A stretch of 64,000 bases of DNA from Candidatus Heimdallarchaeota archaeon (lineage in GTDB: Archaea; Asgardarchaeota; Heimdallarchaeia; Heimdallarchaeales; Heimdallarchaeaceae), in assembly GCA_019057815.1 (NCBI GenBank), contig JAHLWR010000005.1, forward strand, positions 32,001-96,000. The letters run 5' to 3'. Below the pieces are notes generated by a model that was not told the DNA's origin, ran no database searches, and worked only from the letters and a program-made list of their open reading frames with translations. The position numbers and the translations under genes are program-made. Positions 62,059 through 64,000 of the stretch are shown in pieces; positions within the stretch are counted from its first letter, which is position 1, and each line of letters begins with the position of its first letter.

Positions 62059-63170
62059 ATGAAGAAAAAGAGAACCGTAACCCATTTAGAAGGGTTTCTC
62101 ATATTTCCCCAGTTAAAGATATCATCGAATACTCCTTTAGTCGGTCCCAGTCTGCTATCGCAAAAAAACAAAAAAAACGTAGAACACGTGAAGAGAAAAT
62201 CGCGGCTAATGAAAAGGCAAAAGTCTCAGTTTTAGCGACAGAATTTATAACAAGATTAGACAATATAGTGATAAAATTTCCTTCAATAGACCAACTACAC
62301 CCATTTTATAAAGAAATTTGTGATTTAATTGGAGGTACAGACAAAATAAAAAAGATTCTCGGGAGAATTAGTGGAATTTCTAGACAAATCGAAAAAATTA
62401 AAGTAGAACTAATAGAAAAACTTGATCAGACAGATCACCCGGTCACAATGGCAGAAATAAGAAGAGAAGCTGGTGGAAGGTTTGTTTCTCTAGTTAAAAA
62501 AGCTCAAGGAGATATTAAACAGTTAATTAGATTTATAAAACAATTGAAAGCTGTACCCGATTTTGACGTTTCTCTACCTACAGTGGTTGTTGCAGGAGCT
62601 CCAAATGTGGGAAAATCCTCACTTGTAAGAGAAATATCAACAGGAACACCAGAAATAGGAGAATATCCCTTCACAACAAAGAAAATTATCTTTGGACACT
62701 GGGATTTACTCTATACAATTGCCCAAGTTGTAGATACACCAGGTTTGTTAGATAGACCATTTAAAGAGAGAAATATAATCGAACTCCAAAGTATTACTTC
62801 AATTCGTCACATCGCAGATATTATTGTATTTATGTTTGATTTATCAAAAGAAACTGCACTTCCACAGCAAGAGCAGTTGAATCTATTTAATGATATTATA
62901 GAAAAATTCCCAGAAACACCAGTTATCAAAGTCTTAAACAAAGTTGACATTTTGTCACCAACAAAGATTGAAGAAACACAAATATCTTTAAATCAAGACT
63001 TCAACATCTCAACTTTAACAAAAGAAGGCATACCAAATTTTACTATTAAACTAAAAGAAGCATTAGATCAAGTTATAAAAACCAATGAGAAATTCAAAAG
63101 CTTACTGCAATTGGAAATAGCAGAAGAATATATCTATAAAAGTGATGAAAAAATGGATTACGACATTTAG
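62055..63170 (+). CDS. NOG1/GTPBP4-like ribosome biogenesis GTPase
   Basis: LHPFY, GAPNVGKSS, YPFTTK, DTPGLLDRP..ERN.IE, NKVD. Confidence 0.95.
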   Translation: MNEEKENRNPFRRVSHISPVKDIIEYSFSRSQSAIAKKQKKRRTREEKIAANEKAKVSVLATEFITRLDNIVIKFPSIDQLHPFYKEICDLIGGTDKIKKILGRISGISRQIEKIKVELIEKLDQTDHPVTMAEIRREAGGRFVSLVKKAQGDIKQLIRFIKQLKAVPDFDVSLPTVVVAGAPNVGKSSLVREISTGTPEIGEYPFTTKKIIFGHWDLLYTIAQVVDTPGLLDRPFKERNIIELQSITSIRHIADIIVFMFDLSKETALPQQEQLNLFNDIIEKFPETPVIKVLNKVDILSPTKIEETQISLNQDFNISTLTKEGIPNFTIKLKEALDQVIKTNEKFKSLLQLEIAEEYIYKSDEKMDYDI

Positions 63171-63320
63171 TAATTTTTCTAAAGATAGTTCATTACTAGA
63201 GAAAAAATCTATGGTTTTGTAGGTAAAACCGCTAAAGTTGAGTGCTAAAAAGTTGAACCAATAGATGCGAGATTCAAATCCTGTTTGGAACATTCTTAAA
63301 CAACTCCAATTACAAGTTGT

Positions 63321-64000
63321 TTACACGAACATTCCTTTATCTGTGTCGTTTTCTTTTCCTGTCTTTGTTTTACTAGCTTGCAACAATGATTGTATTTCCT
63401 TTTCAATTTTTTCCGCTTGTTCAAGTAACCCCTCAACCTCAATTGGTGTATTAAGTACTTTGCTTATCTCTTCAACTGCTACGCTAGCAGCTACTGGGTC
63501 AGGTCTTGATCGTTCTGCATATGGCAATAGAGATAATGCAGGGAAATTCTTTAATTCATAAAACATCAACAGATACGCCAATGGTCCTGTAACATACAAA
63601 CCCTCGTCTAAGATTGGCAAGTCTAAAGATGGATTTTCTTTGAGGAAATTTTGAGTATAAATTACTTTCAGTCTGTTTTCGTCCTGTAGTCTCCTATCTA
63701 GACCACCAACAAGTATTGTTTGCTTGAATTTTTCTTCTATTGACCATTCAACAATTGTTTTTGTAAATTTTAGATGTTCTGTTTTTATCGGTTCAAAGAT
63801 TGGTAGAACAATTACAAGATCATCTTTTCTATATATTTCAAATGGAAATGTGATTTTTTTATTTTTGATCGTGATAAATTGAGGAAGATTATCAGTAATA
63901 ATAAAACCTATTCTCTCTGCTCCTAATTTGTCAACAATGTGGCTTATAGATATAAAACCACATTCACCAATGCCGTGCCAACCGTTCAAAAGAGTGCAAC
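63321..64000 (-). CDS. PAC2 family proteasome assembly chaperone (PbaA/PbaB-like), 5' end beyond window
   Basis: GWHGIG..G, PFEIY, VGGLD, GPLA, PDPVAA; frame stays open to the window edge. Confidence 0.88.
   Translation of the reverse strand, partial: CTLLNGWHGIGECGFISISHIVDKLGAERIGFIITDNLPQFITIKNKKITFPFEIYRKDDLVIVLPIFEPIKTEHLKFTKTIVEWSIEEKFKQTILVGGLDRRLQDENRLKVIYTQNFLKENPSLDLPILDEGLYVTGPLAYLLMFYELKNFPALSLLPYAERSRPDPVAASVAVEEISKVLNTPIEVEGLLEQAEKIEKEIQSLLQASKTKTGKENDTDKGMFV

Overview
AT-rich archaeal chromosomal window, most likely from an Asgard archaeon (Heimdallarchaeia-like). This is inferred from a Rab-like small GTPase, a PAC4-like proteasome chaperone, an eIF5A with the eukaryote-type GKHGHAK loop, unsplit Rpo2 and split Rpo1N/Rpo1C. 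Most of the window is housekeeping: RNA polymerase B/A'/A'', uS7, uS12, uL16, eL30, NusA, aIF5A, TrpRS, Nob1, NOG1, an NSUN6-type methyltransferase, FAU-1, PPDK, ADP-dependent sugar kinase, GlyA, FolD, SufS, UbiD, SurE and NAD kinase. There are five tRNA genes, all with encoded CCA. Three contain introns, including two non-canonical T-loop (59/60) introns and one double-intron tRNA(CAT) whose spliced T-loop reads AUCGAAA. I found no CRISPR array, rRNA or transposase. Best leads: (1) a tandem pair of receptor-like proteins (signal peptide, FKBP/SlyD-like ectodomain, one TM helix, cytoplasmic 8-Cys zinc finger) between two tRNAs; (2) a 56-aa Flp-sized type IV pilin missing from the ORF track; (3) the tRNA introns; (4) a DUF2797 protein with a PIP box; (5) an RHH-nucleotidyltransferase fusion; (6) several apparent pseudo-enzymes; (7) a broken-up rpo/str superoperon. 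All family assignments come from recognising motifs by eye; no searches were run.
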